64,000 nt of DNA, taken from the NCBI GenBank assembly GCA_963822445.1, contig CAWGHO010000001.1, positions 1,472,001 through 1,536,000 of the forward strand, in the 5' to 3' direction. This document shows, piece by piece, positions 17,936 to 27,003 of the stretch (positions are counted from its first letter, which is position 1; each line of letters begins with the position of its first letter). The DNA is from an uncultured Acidobacteriota bacterium. Lineage in GTDB: Bacteria; Acidobacteriota; Thermoanaerobaculia; Gp7-AA8. A program made the position numbers and the translations under genes. The notes under the pieces were generated by a model. That model was not told the DNA's origin and did not search any database. It worked only from the letters and a program-made list of their open reading frames with translations.

Positions 17936-19267
17936 TTAAATGCGGCCCTTGCGGGCGAGTTTTCCCCACGACATGTCGAGGCCGACCAGCTCCTCGAGCG
18001 TCGCGAATACTTTCGTCACGTCAATGATGAGGATGTAGAAGAAACGGTAGAACACCGCGTAAGCAGCCAGCCTGAGATCCTCTTTCTCCATGAGGATCGC
18101 GTGCACGGCGATGAGCACGTCCAGCAGCGTCAACAATAGCCACCACATCACCAGCAGCTTCTGCATGCCGAACATCAGGGCGATGTAGACGAAGAAGAGG
18201 CTGGAGAAAATGTTCATCGCCGGCCAGACCAGGCCTTCGAAAATCATGTACCAGAGGGACAGCGGCGTGGTGACGACGCCGGACGTCCGCGTGAGCAGAT
18301 GCTTCTGCTTGCGCAGGGCCTGCAGAATCCCGCGGCTCCACCGATACCGCTGCTTGATGATGTCCAGCAGTTCCTCGGGCGCTTCGGTATAAGCGACGGC
18401 CTTCGGCTCATAATTGATCTTCCAGCCGTTCGCGAGGATCTTGACGGTCATGTCGAAATCTTCGGCGTAGGTGTCGCTGTCGTAGCCGCCCGTGCCTTCA
18501 ATGGCGGTGCGGCGGAAGATGCCCATTGGACCGGGAATCACGTTCACCGAGCGGAAGAACGCCTGGGCCTTGCGAACGATGTTGAGCCCCTCGATGTATT
18601 CGAGGGCCTGCAGCTTCGTCCAGATGTTGTGGCGGTTGATGACCTTCACATTGCCGGCAACGGCGCCGACGTTCGGATCGGTGAACTGCCGGATCGCATA
18701 ACGCAGCGCGTCCGGAGTCAGACGCGAGTCCGAGTCCATGCAGATCACGATCGGCGCACGCGAGCGGCGGATGCCGTAATTCAGCGTGTCGGCCTTGCCC
18801 GAATTTTCCTTGCGGAAAACCTGGACTTTCACGCCGTAATGGTTCCCCTCGAACTCACGCATCTTCTCGTACGTGCCGTCCGTGGAACCATCGTCGACGG
18901 CGATGATCTCGTAATACGGATAACGCAGCTCGAGGAGGGACGCGAGCGACGCGTGAATGACCTCGGCCTCATTGAACGCCGGCACGATGATGCTGACGAA
19001 CGGGTAATGCTCGGGCGGCTCGTCATGCGAGAGCTCGCGCTGATGCAGGAAGCTGAACCAGATCAGCACGAAGTGACGGAGGATCAGCAACAGAAGGAAG
19101 CTGGCCAGCGTCACGACGAGGGCCGAGACCGCGATCGGGCCGAGGCGTTCCGGATAGCGGAACATGAAGATCGTCAGGACGACGACTGCGAGAATGATGA
19201 GAATCGAGATGATGGCCTGCTTGCGCGGGCTCATCGGTGTGCGCACGACAGGTTTCCTGGTTTCCAT
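17936..19267 (-). CDS. Processive GT2 polysaccharide synthase, PgaC/IcaA-like
   Basis: DDGSTD, GKADTLN, DSD, AED and QRYRW motifs; TM helices at both ends; no PilZ domain. Confidence 0.9.
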   Translation of the reverse strand: METRKPVVRTPMSPRKQAIISILIILAVVVLTIFMFRYPERLGPIAVSALVVTLASFLLLLILRHFVLIWFSFLHQRELSHDEPPEHYPFVSIIVPAFNEAEVIHASLASLLELRYPYYEIIAVDDGSTDGTYEKMREFEGNHYGVKVQVFRKENSGKADTLNYGIRRSRAPIVICMDSDSRLTPDALRYAIRQFTDPNVGAVAGNVKVINRHNIWTKLQALEYIEGLNIVRKAQAFFRSVNVIPGPMGIFRRTAIEGTGGYDSDTYAEDFDMTVKILANGWKINYEPKAVAYTEAPEELLDIIKQRYRWSRGILQALRKQKHLLTRTSGVVTTPLSLWYMIFEGLVWPAMNIFSSLFFVYIALMFGMQKLLVMWWLLLTLLDVLIAVHAILMEKEDLRLAAYAVFYRFFYILIIDVTKVFATLEELVGLDMSWGKLARKGRI

Positions 19268-19270
19268 GGC

Positions 19271-21811
19271 TTATCGCACCTCCGGCGGCACCGCGTCGGA
19301 GCTCGCCAGCACTCGATTGTCGAAGTAATAGCGGTCGGCGCTGTCGATGTCATGCGTGGCGCGCATCCGCTTCACGCGCACGCCGACGTAGAAGCTCCGC
19401 TGCCAGTAAGTCGCGAACTCCGGATCACCGATGAACGACTCGAAACGTCCGCTGCGTCCGTAGTTGTACGAGCCGATGATGTCGAAGGCATCGCTGATCG
19501 GGACCGTGACTCGCGCGGCCCACGCCCGGAGGTCGGAACTGCGGTCCCCATCCCACGACTTGCCGATCTTCAGCTCGGCGGTCCAGAAGATCCGATCGTT
19601 GATGTCCTGTCCAACCTGCAGCACGCCGGCGAGTGAGCGGTAATCATCCGGCGACCAGTAGCGGTTCGTGCGCTGCTCATACGACAGCACCCGCCCGTCG
19701 GCTTTGATCGCGACGAATGGCTCTTTGAAGAGGCGGAAGCTGAGAAGTCCGTGCGCGGACTGCCGGGAGTTATCGTCGGAAATGCGGCCATACGAGCCGT
19801 CGACCAGGAAGGACCAGAAACCGCCCGAATCCCAGTCGTAATGCGCGCGGAAGTCGTCGACCGACAGCGGATCGTTCAGCCGCACCTCATTGCGAGGCGA
19901 GAGCGTGAACATGTTCGAGACGTCGTAAATCAGGTCGTAATGGTTGTAGTCGAGCGCGGCCCGGCTCTGGATGTTCGGCAGATAAACGGCGCCAAGTCCG
20001 AAGTAAGGGCGGGTGCCGAGGCTGCCGGTTTCCCAGAACGTCGCACCGACGCGGCCGCGGAGGGTCAGGCGGTCGTTCGTACGATACGCGGCGCCGATGT
20101 GGGCGACGTTCGCGTCGGCGGCAAGATCGCGCTGTTCGAAGTGGTGGCGTCCCACACCGCCATTGACGGCGATCCGTGGATTCAGCCAGTGCTCCGCGGT
20201 GAGATCGCCGCGGCGGGTGTGGAAGTCGTTCGAATTGACTTCGTCCGTGTAGCGCGCCTCGATCTGCGATCCCGGCAGTCCGTAACGCGCGCGCTGTAAT
20301 TCGCGATGCGCATCAGTGAGTCCGGAATCGAGCGAAAGCGCGTAATTCTGTTCCTCGGCCGCGGTGTCCCGCCAGCCGAACCAGCGGTAGATCTGTCCGA
20401 GGCGGAAGTGAGCTTGCGGCGGGACGTCCTCGTATAAGTACGCGCGCGGCGAATCGGAGAGATCCGTCAACGTGCGCAGAGTGCGGATGGCCGGAACGTA
20501 TTCGCGGTCATAAGTCAGCGCCTGCGCGTATTCGAGCTTGATGTCGGGACGATTCGGATCCGCCTTGAGAACAATCTCGTACTGGCGCTGCGCTTCGTCA
20601 TAGCGACGGTCCCAGCTCAGCACGCGGGCGTAATTGCGGCGGGCCACGTTGTCATCCGGCGCGGACTTCAAATAGACCTCGTAGAGCTCGATCGCCGGAT
20701 CGTATGCGCCGAGGCCGGTGTAGGCCTTGGCCAGCTCGAGGACCTGTTCGCCGACCGCGCCGGCCGAGCTGTACATGGCCGGATCGCCGAACAACGAGCG
20801 GCGGCGTTCGTCGACGGCCACCAGCTCTTCCTTGCGGCGATCGAGAGCCTGCTGCTCCAGCTCGTCCAGCCCGGCCACCTCGGTCATGGTGTGCTCGCGA
20901 ATGAACTTGATGGCGCGGAGCGTCTCGCCGTAGCGGCCGGCGTCATAAAGCAACCGTGCACGCTGTACGCGAAGGGCGAGGTTGTACGGATCGATGCCGA
21001 TCATCTTGTCGAGGCGCTCGATCCGAAGATCGGGGGAAGTGCGAAGCTCGGCGAGCGTCTTTTCCGCGTCGCGCGATCCACTGTTCGCCGCGGTGAAATC
21101 CTCGAGCAGCCGGATGGCCCCTTCGCGATCGCCGCTCCAGGCCCGTGCGTTCGCCAGTGCGACCGCTGAATCTTCATTGTTGAGCGTGTCATGCGCCCGC
21201 TCGAGGCGCTGAACGGAAAGCTTCTCGGCGCCCATCCAGGAAAGCGTGCGGCCATATTCGAGCTCGAGCTCCGGACTCGGGCTGTCCTTCAGAAGCGCGG
21301 CATAACGCTCTTCCGCGGCGGAGTGCTGACCGGACCAGGTGAGCGCGCGTGCGTGATGCGTGCGCGACTCGACGGTCATCACGCCGTCCGGCAGCTTCGC
21401 GAACAAGTCCGCCGCTTCGCGATAGCGGCCGGCGGAGAAATAGGCGTTCGCGAGCTCGAGCCGATCGGCATCGGTCGCCCCATCCCGTTTCGCAGCGGCC
21501 TCGGCATCCTCGAGACGCTGCACGGCGATGAGGCGCATCTGCTCGGTCGCACGATCGCGTACGCCCGCCGCTTCGGTGTCGTTCGCATCGGCGTCGGCGA
21601 TCGCCCCGGCGAGCTTCTTGGCCTCGTAGTAACGGCCGACTTCAATGTAGGCGCGGGCAAGATCGAGTTGCTCGGCGCGCGTGGCCGTGCCGGCTTCTTG
21701 CGCTTTCTCCAGCCGCGAGATCGTCTTGCGCACATCCTCATCGGCCGCGGCGGCGGTGAAGGCGCACAACACCACTACGCAACAGATGAACAGCAACTTG
21801 CTGGGCTTCAT
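19271..21811 (-). CDS. TPR plus outer-membrane beta-barrel polysaccharide exporter (PgaA/BcsC-like)
   Basis: Signal peptide; repeated ARALTWSG/ARVLSWDR TPR units; aromatic beta-rich C-terminal part with a YWSP motif. Confidence 0.8.
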   Translation of the reverse strand: MKPSKLLFICCVVVLCAFTAAAADEDVRKTISRLEKAQEAGTATRAEQLDLARAYIEVGRYYEAKKLAGAIADADANDTEAAGVRDRATEQMRLIAVQRLEDAEAAAKRDGATDADRLELANAYFSAGRYREAADLFAKLPDGVMTVESRTHHARALTWSGQHSAAEERYAALLKDSPSPELELEYGRTLSWMGAEKLSVQRLERAHDTLNNEDSAVALANARAWSGDREGAIRLLEDFTAANSGSRDAEKTLAELRTSPDLRIERLDKMIGIDPYNLALRVQRARLLYDAGRYGETLRAIKFIREHTMTEVAGLDELEQQALDRRKEELVAVDERRRSLFGDPAMYSSAGAVGEQVLELAKAYTGLGAYDPAIELYEVYLKSAPDDNVARRNYARVLSWDRRYDEAQRQYEIVLKADPNRPDIKLEYAQALTYDREYVPAIRTLRTLTDLSDSPRAYLYEDVPPQAHFRLGQIYRWFGWRDTAAEEQNYALSLDSGLTDAHRELQRARYGLPGSQIEARYTDEVNSNDFHTRRGDLTAEHWLNPRIAVNGGVGRHHFEQRDLAADANVAHIGAAYRTNDRLTLRGRVGATFWETGSLGTRPYFGLGAVYLPNIQSRAALDYNHYDLIYDVSNMFTLSPRNEVRLNDPLSVDDFRAHYDWDSGGFWSFLVDGSYGRISDDNSRQSAHGLLSFRLFKEPFVAIKADGRVLSYEQRTNRYWSPDDYRSLAGVLQVGQDINDRIFWTAELKIGKSWDGDRSSDLRAWAARVTVPISDAFDIIGSYNYGRSGRFESFIGDPEFATYWQRSFYVGVRVKRMRATHDIDSADRYYFDNRVLASSDAVPPEVR

Positions 21812-21875
21812 GGGACTCTCCGCTGTTTCTTTGGAACCGGGCCGCTACCTCAACCGGTCCGAGATGGCGACTTGT

Positions 21876-21890
21876 GCAATGGCGATTCCA
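21876..21890 (-). promoter_or_regulatory. sigma54 -24/-12 promoter TGGAATCGCCATTGC
   Basis: Exact GG-N10-GC spacing with TTGC, 65 nt upstream of the exporter ATG. IHF-like TCTCAATCGGTTA (1 mismatch to WATCAANNNNTTR) at 21901-21913. Confidence 0.65.
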
Positions 21891-21932
21891 ATGTTGGGAA
21901 TAACCGATTGAGAGCTATCAGTTGAGCGGCGC

Positions 21933-22781
21933 TCATTTCTTCGTCGTGGTCGTGGCAGTGGTGTCCGTCGCGGTCGGAGGCGGGGTCGCTTCGACATCAC
22001 AACCGGTGTAATCGGTGGCAAGAACTACCGCCAGATGATCGGCAACGCGGCGCTCCGATTTGTCGCTGGGCTGATTGACGATTGCGTCGCTCACCCACAT
22101 CGCGCTCGATCCGCCGCCATCGAGATTGATGGCCGAGCAGGTACCGAGCTCTTCGGCCATGAATCGCGCCAGCTTGGCCAGCGTCATCCCGGGAATGCCT
22201 TCGCGCCGCCCATCCGCGACGACCATATAAAGCGTCGTTCCATCCTCGGAAACACCGACCGCAGTTCGGGGATGCGGCGAGCGGGTGAAGCCGTCGCTGC
22301 CTGGTAATTCCGTAGCGGACAGGGCCGTGCAATTCTTCACGAGCATCGGCCAACCGGAGACCGCCACGTCCATCCATTCCTCCGGTTCGGCAAGAACTTC
22401 CTTGGGCGGGTAGATCGCGACGCGGCCTTCGCCAATGGCAACGACGCCTTCGCGCTCTGTGTCTTTCGTTCCTTCCCACACACCGCACGGCCCGATCGTC
22501 AGGCCAACCGGCTTCATCTGTTTATCGAAATAGTCGGCATTGATCGCGACCACTGCTTTGGTTTTCTTCGCGTAATCGCTGACCTTGAGTCCGCGCTCCG
22601 ATTCACGTGTCGCCGTGACGATTACATCGGGATTCGTGAGATCGACGCGCGTTACATGCACGTCCATCGCATCGCGATTGAAGCGCTGATATTCGACGCC
22701 GGACGCCACGACGTTCCAATCAGCAAGCGCGGCTGTAGCGACGAGCCACACCAGTGCGGACAGCATTACGGCACGTTTCAT
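21933..22781 (-). CDS. Exported phosphodiester glycosidase (NAGPA family)
   Basis: Signal peptide; AINADYF, HPRTAVG, VADGR and NLDGGGSS motifs. Confidence 0.9.
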   Translation of the reverse strand: MKRAVMLSALVWLVATAALADWNVVASGVEYQRFNRDAMDVHVTRVDLTNPDVIVTATRESERGLKVSDYAKKTKAVVAINADYFDKQMKPVGLTIGPCGVWEGTKDTEREGVVAIGEGRVAIYPPKEVLAEPEEWMDVAVSGWPMLVKNCTALSATELPGSDGFTRSPHPRTAVGVSEDGTTLYMVVADGRREGIPGMTLAKLARFMAEELGTCSAINLDGGGSSAMWVSDAIVNQPSDKSERRVADHLAVVLATDYTGCDVEATPPPTATDTTATTTTKK

Positions 22782-22854
22782 AGATACCTCTCTGGAAGGG
22801 ATGAACTACCCGGGCGAGGGCCCTTTTCAAACGCCGTACCCAACTACTAATAAT

Positions 22855-22869
22855 TGGCATTCCGAATGC
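22855..22869 (+). promoter_or_regulatory. sigma54 -24/-12 promoter TGGCATTCCGAATGC
   Basis: GG-N10-GC spacing in the AT-richer intergenic region upstream of the LCP pair; contains the inverted repeat GCATTC-C-GAATGC. Confidence 0.55.
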
Positions 22870-22956
22870 AGTTGGCGGCATCACGTAGCAGTAAGCAATT
22901 TCGCAAGAAGGCCGGTGAAGCAGAACACCGGCTGAACGCTCACCAGGGGTCTACCA

Positions 22957-24000
22957 ATGAGTTTTGACGCTGATTCGTCGTACAGCCGCCTCCCGGCTGG
23001 AGTGGCCGCACGGATGCCGAAGGCCTCCTCCCGCACCAAAGCCACGGCGACCAGAGGACAGAAGGCGATCGAGCTCACGCTCTTCGCCGTTTTCGGATTC
23101 ACGATCGCCCTGGCCGGCTTCGCGCTCTACGCGACGAACCGTCCCGAGCATCAGCTCGTGCCGAATCGCGTGGCCGCCGGACTGAAAGCCGATCGGGTGA
23201 ACGTCCTCCTCATCAGCGCCTCGCTCCGGCCGAACGGGTCGGAGACCAGCGACGTCCGCACCGAGTCGCTGATGCTGCTATCCGTGCAGCCGTCGACGGG
23301 TCGAACGGCCCTGACTTCGATCCCGGTCGATCTCTGGGTGAAAGTCGGCCGCTACGGACAGCGCCCGCTGCACTCGGCTTACACCGTCGGCAACGCCAGC
23401 GGCTATCCGGGAGCGGGAACGGGCCTGACGGTCGACACGATCGAGACGATCATCGATGAGCCGATCCATGGCTACGCCCGCCTGAGCATCGGCGACGTCT
23501 CCCGCATCGTCGATCGCGTCGGCGGCGTCGAGGTCGACGTGAAGCGCGGGGTGTACGAGATTCGCGGCGACCGGCATCGCTTCCGCCGCGGCGTGCAGCG
23601 TTTCAAAGGGACCGACGCGATGCACTACGCGTACGCCGGCCGCGTCGCCGGTTTCGCCGCCGACCGCTTCGAGCGCGAGCAGCGCCAGCGCGAAGTGGCC
23701 ATCGCCACCATCACCAGGATCCTCGGCTCGAAGATGGAGAACCTGAACCGGTTCGAGTCCGCCTTCGGCAGCGTCGCGGCCACGAACCTCACCGGCGACC
23801 AGATCCGCACGCTCGCCCTCGCCGCCCGCCGGGGCGGCGACATCCGCGTCGTCAGCTGGAAGCCCTATCTCGATGTCGTCGACGTCAGCAGCGTTGCGTA
23901 TCGCGGCGAGGCCGTGAAGCCGCGCAGCGGCGACTTCGCCGCCGTCCGCCAGCTCACCGACGCGGCCTTCGAGGCCGGCGTCGTCGCCAAGATTCACTGA
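22957..24000 (+). CDS. LCP (LytR-CpsA-Psr) family protein with degenerate active site
   Basis: TM anchor; VNVLLI, RTESLML, SIPVDLWV, VDRVGGVEV and ERE.RQ motifs. Start is 22957 or 23014. Confidence 0.8.
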   Translation: MSFDADSSYSRLPAGVAARMPKASSRTKATATRGQKAIELTLFAVFGFTIALAGFALYATNRPEHQLVPNRVAAGLKADRVNVLLISASLRPNGSETSDVRTESLMLLSVQPSTGRTALTSIPVDLWVKVGRYGQRPLHSAYTVGNASGYPGAGTGLTVDTIETIIDEPIHGYARLSIGDVSRIVDRVGGVEVDVKRGVYEIRGDRHRFRRGVQRFKGTDAMHYAYAGRVAGFAADRFEREQRQREVAIATITRILGSKMENLNRFESAFGSVAATNLTGDQIRTLALAARRGGDIRVVSWKPYLDVVDVSSVAYRGEAVKPRSGDFAAVRQLTDAAFEAGVVAKIH

Positions 24001-24014
24001 TTGAGGAGCCTCGC

Positions 24015-25136
24015 ATGTCTTACACGCGCAACAATCCGCCCCTTGCTCCGCGGTACGACAAGCCCAAAGACAAGAAGAAAAAAGGCCTGGCCGAATATCT
24101 GATGTACGGCTTCGTGATCGTGCTCGTGGCCATCGTGACGATCGCCTCGTACGCCCATTTCGCCCCAGGCATGAAAGAAGTGCCGAACCGGGTCGCCGAG
24201 GGGTTCGATCAGGACCGGATCAATCTCCTCCTGATCGGCATCGGCGGCGACGCCCATCCCGGTGAAGGAAAGGACCTGGCCGACTCGATCATCCTGGTCA
24301 GCCTCAAACCCTCCACCCGCCAGGCCGCGCTCGTTTCCCTTCCCCGCGACCTCTACGTCCCGATGGACAGCGGCATCGGCATGCAGCGGCTGAACGCCGC
24401 CCACGCGCTGGGTGACCGCATGGGCTTCAAAGGAAAGGGCCCCGGCTTCCTCGTCCACACCGTCCAGAACCTCCTCGGCGAACCGGTCCACGCCTACGCC
24501 CGCATCGACTTCAAGGCCTTCGAGAAAGTGATCGACGCCATGGGCGGCATCGACGTCTACGTCTACCGCCCCTTCTACGACTACCTGTTCAAGGATGGAT
24601 TCGAGAAGGGATGGCACCACCTCGACGGCAAGCGCGCTCTGCGTTACGCGCGCTACCGGCACATCCGCGCGTCGTACGAGGGCAACAACTTCGGCCGGGA
24701 ACTGCGCCAGCAGCAGGTCGTGGACGCCATCCGCGACAAGATGAAAACCCTCGACGCGTCGCAGATCCTGCGCCTGTCCAAGCTGGCCATGAATTCGTCG
24801 GACTTCACCTCGACGAACCTCACCACGCCGCAGATGGTCGAGCTGTACACGACCTTCCGCAACACGAAGCGCGCGGACGTCCGCCACGTCTCGCTCAAGA
24901 AATTCACGAAGATCATCAAGCTCACCGAGCCTCACCTCTACGGGGAGGCCGTGGCCCCGCCGAAAAACGACTACACGAAGATTCGCGAGGTCGTGCGCAC
25001 GGTCTTCAACGGACGGGAGCCGATCGTGGCCCCGAGCGAGATCCAGCTGACCGAGGTTGGCGAGCCGCCGGCGGCCGCGAAGGACGAAAAAGTCGAAGCG
25101 AATCGTCAAGCCGTTGCGGCCGCGGTAGGACGTTGA
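24015..25136 (+). CDS. LCP family glycopolymer transferase
   Basis: GAGGAG RBS; INLLLIG, ADSIIL, SLPRDL, YARYRH and FGRELRQQ motifs. Confidence 0.9.
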   Translation: MSYTRNNPPLAPRYDKPKDKKKKGLAEYLMYGFVIVLVAIVTIASYAHFAPGMKEVPNRVAEGFDQDRINLLLIGIGGDAHPGEGKDLADSIILVSLKPSTRQAALVSLPRDLYVPMDSGIGMQRLNAAHALGDRMGFKGKGPGFLVHTVQNLLGEPVHAYARIDFKAFEKVIDAMGGIDVYVYRPFYDYLFKDGFEKGWHHLDGKRALRYARYRHIRASYEGNNFGRELRQQQVVDAIRDKMKTLDASQILRLSKLAMNSSDFTSTNLTTPQMVELYTTFRNTKRADVRHVSLKKFTKIIKLTEPHLYGEAVAPPKNDYTKIREVVRTVFNGREPIVAPSEIQLTEVGEPPAAAKDEKVEANRQAVAAAVGR

Positions 25137-25159
25137 AACGGTGATCGGCTGCGCCCGGC

Positions 25160-25174
25160 TGGCCCGGCTGTTGC
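25160..25174 (+). promoter_or_regulatory. sigma54 -24/-12 promoter TGGCCCGGCTGTTGC
   Basis: Near-consensus TGGC-N7-TTGC(T), 68 nt upstream of ATG 25242. Confidence 0.65.
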
Positions 25175-25241
25175 TTTTTACTTCCGCTCGGCACGCCAGC
25201 AACGAGCCGCAGTTGCAGCCAGAAACCTTCCGGAGAAAACC

Positions 25242-26930
25242 ATGAATGGATCAACGGACGTGCGGTCGATGAGCTCCTCGGGCTCCACCCCTCGCAGCGC
25301 CACGGGCGCGAAAACGGATAAACAGATTCCCATCACCTCCCCTGTCCCCGATTCGGCGGGAAAGCCGCGCTCCTCGCGAGGCGGCGCGGGCGACCGGATC
25401 ATCAGCGGAATCGATCTGATCGACTTCGGCGCCGGCGGACTGATGCCGAACCACGTCTACCTGGTCAAAGGCGCCGGTGGACTCGGCAAGTCGATTCTCG
25501 GGCTGCAGTTCCTTACCCGCGGCCTCGAGCATCAGGAGCCGGGGATCCTGATCACCGACCAGAAGCCTGAAAAGGTCATCACCCAGGCCACGGCCATCGG
25601 CTTCACGATCGAGGACGCCGTCCGGCGGAACCAGCTCTCGATCCTCAACCCCAGCGGCCGTTACTTCGACCTCGTCGAGAGCCCGGCCGACGTCATGGCC
25701 ATCGTCGAAGAGCTCGGCGACTACATCAAGAAAATCGGCGCGAAGCGCGTGGTCATCGATCCGATCTACACGCTCATCAACACCCAGTACTCGAGTCACT
25801 TCGCCCTGACCCTCACCCAGTCGATGATGAACGCGCTGGAAGACCTTCCGGCGACCGTGATTCTCATCGCCGGCGATGAGGACAGCGCCGAGCTGAATCC
25901 GATCATCCGGATGCTCGAGGGGAACGCGTTCGGCGTCGTGCAGCTGAAGCAGGACACTGCCACCGGCGGCCGCGTGATGAGCATCCCCAAACTGCGCTAC
26001 GCGTCGAGCGAGGATCTTTCCTCGCACTACCGCATCCTCAACGGCCGCGGCCTGATCAACTATCGCGGCGAAGGCGAGAAGGTCACCGACGTCACCAAGC
26101 CTTGGGAAGAGGCGACCGAGGCGAATCGGAATGTGCTCGTGATCGGCGCGCAGTCCGACACCATCCGCAAAGTCAAAGAAGCCCTCGGCGACAAGTACAA
26201 AGTCGACGCGGAATCCGATCTCAAGACCGCCGTCGATCGCGTCAAGCGCGAGAAGCCCGGCCTGGTCATGGTCACGCCGCAGCGCAGCGCGGGTGCGATC
26301 AGCGCCATCCTGGACATCACCCAGCATTCCTCATCGTCGGTGGCGTTCCTCTCCCCGGCCGGAAATCGCCAGGCCGATCGCGTGCTGTACCTGCGCGCCG
26401 GTGCGGACGATTACTTCAGCGAGCCGTTCACGCCGGCCGAGCTTCGCGCTCGCGTCGACGCGCTCATCCGCCGCAGCGGCCGCCGCCTCAACATCCGCGA
26501 CTCCGGCGCCAACTCCATCACCGCGGACGAGATGAGCGCGCTGATGAACGCCGGCGAGACCACCTCGCAGAGCCGCAGCGGACCGGTGCTCACCGCCAGC
26601 GAAAACGACAACGTGCAGTACGACCCCGAGTTCAACGATCGCCTGCAGCGCAACATCGACACCGTGTCGAAGCTCGACACTCCGTTCGCCGTGTACTGGA
26701 TCAAGGGCGACGGCGACGATCGCGAGCTGAACACCTCCCTGGCGAAACTCTGCCGGCAGGAAGACATCCTCTGCCACAACCGCAACGGCGAGTTCGTGGC
26801 CATCCTCACCGGCACGGATGCAAACGGCATCAAAGGCTTCGAGAACCGCCTCGAGGAGAAGCTCGGCGACCGCATCGCCCGTAGCAAGCGCGGACACCAG
26901 CTTTATCAGCCCGGTGAGACCAGCGCCTAA
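25242..26930 (+). CDS. KaiC/RecA-like ATPase plus pseudo-receiver plus degenerate GGDEF (BcsE-like architecture)
   Basis: Walker A GAGGLGKS and Walker B RVVIDP; REC-like region lacking the Asp and Lys; RQED-x5-RNGEF. Confidence 0.8.
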   Translation: MNGSTDVRSMSSSGSTPRSATGAKTDKQIPITSPVPDSAGKPRSSRGGAGDRIISGIDLIDFGAGGLMPNHVYLVKGAGGLGKSILGLQFLTRGLEHQEPGILITDQKPEKVITQATAIGFTIEDAVRRNQLSILNPSGRYFDLVESPADVMAIVEELGDYIKKIGAKRVVIDPIYTLINTQYSSHFALTLTQSMMNALEDLPATVILIAGDEDSAELNPIIRMLEGNAFGVVQLKQDTATGGRVMSIPKLRYASSEDLSSHYRILNGRGLINYRGEGEKVTDVTKPWEEATEANRNVLVIGAQSDTIRKVKEALGDKYKVDAESDLKTAVDRVKREKPGLVMVTPQRSAGAISAILDITQHSSSSVAFLSPAGNRQADRVLYLRAGADDYFSEPFTPAELRARVDALIRRSGRRLNIRDSGANSITADEMSALMNAGETTSQSRSGPVLTASENDNVQYDPEFNDRLQRNIDTVSKLDTPFAVYWIKGDGDDRELNTSLAKLCRQEDILCHNRNGEFVAILTGTDANGIKGFENRLEEKLGDRIARSKRGHQLYQPGETSA

Positions 26931-26950
26931 ACCATCCTCCTCTCTCCTGA

Positions 26951-26985
26951 GAAACGCCGGCCTGGGGCCGGCGTTTTCGTTTTCT
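26951..26985 (+). terminator. Rho-independent terminator
   Basis: AAACGCCGGCC stem, short loop, GGCCGGCGTTT, then a T-rich tract. Confidence 0.8.
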
Positions 26986-27003
26986 CTATAATCCGCCGCC
27001 TGC

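Noticed and set aside
25242-26930. Circadian KaiC or an active diguanylate cyclase
   Set aside because: Single ATPase domain with no kaiA or kaiB; GGDEF is replaced by RNGEF.
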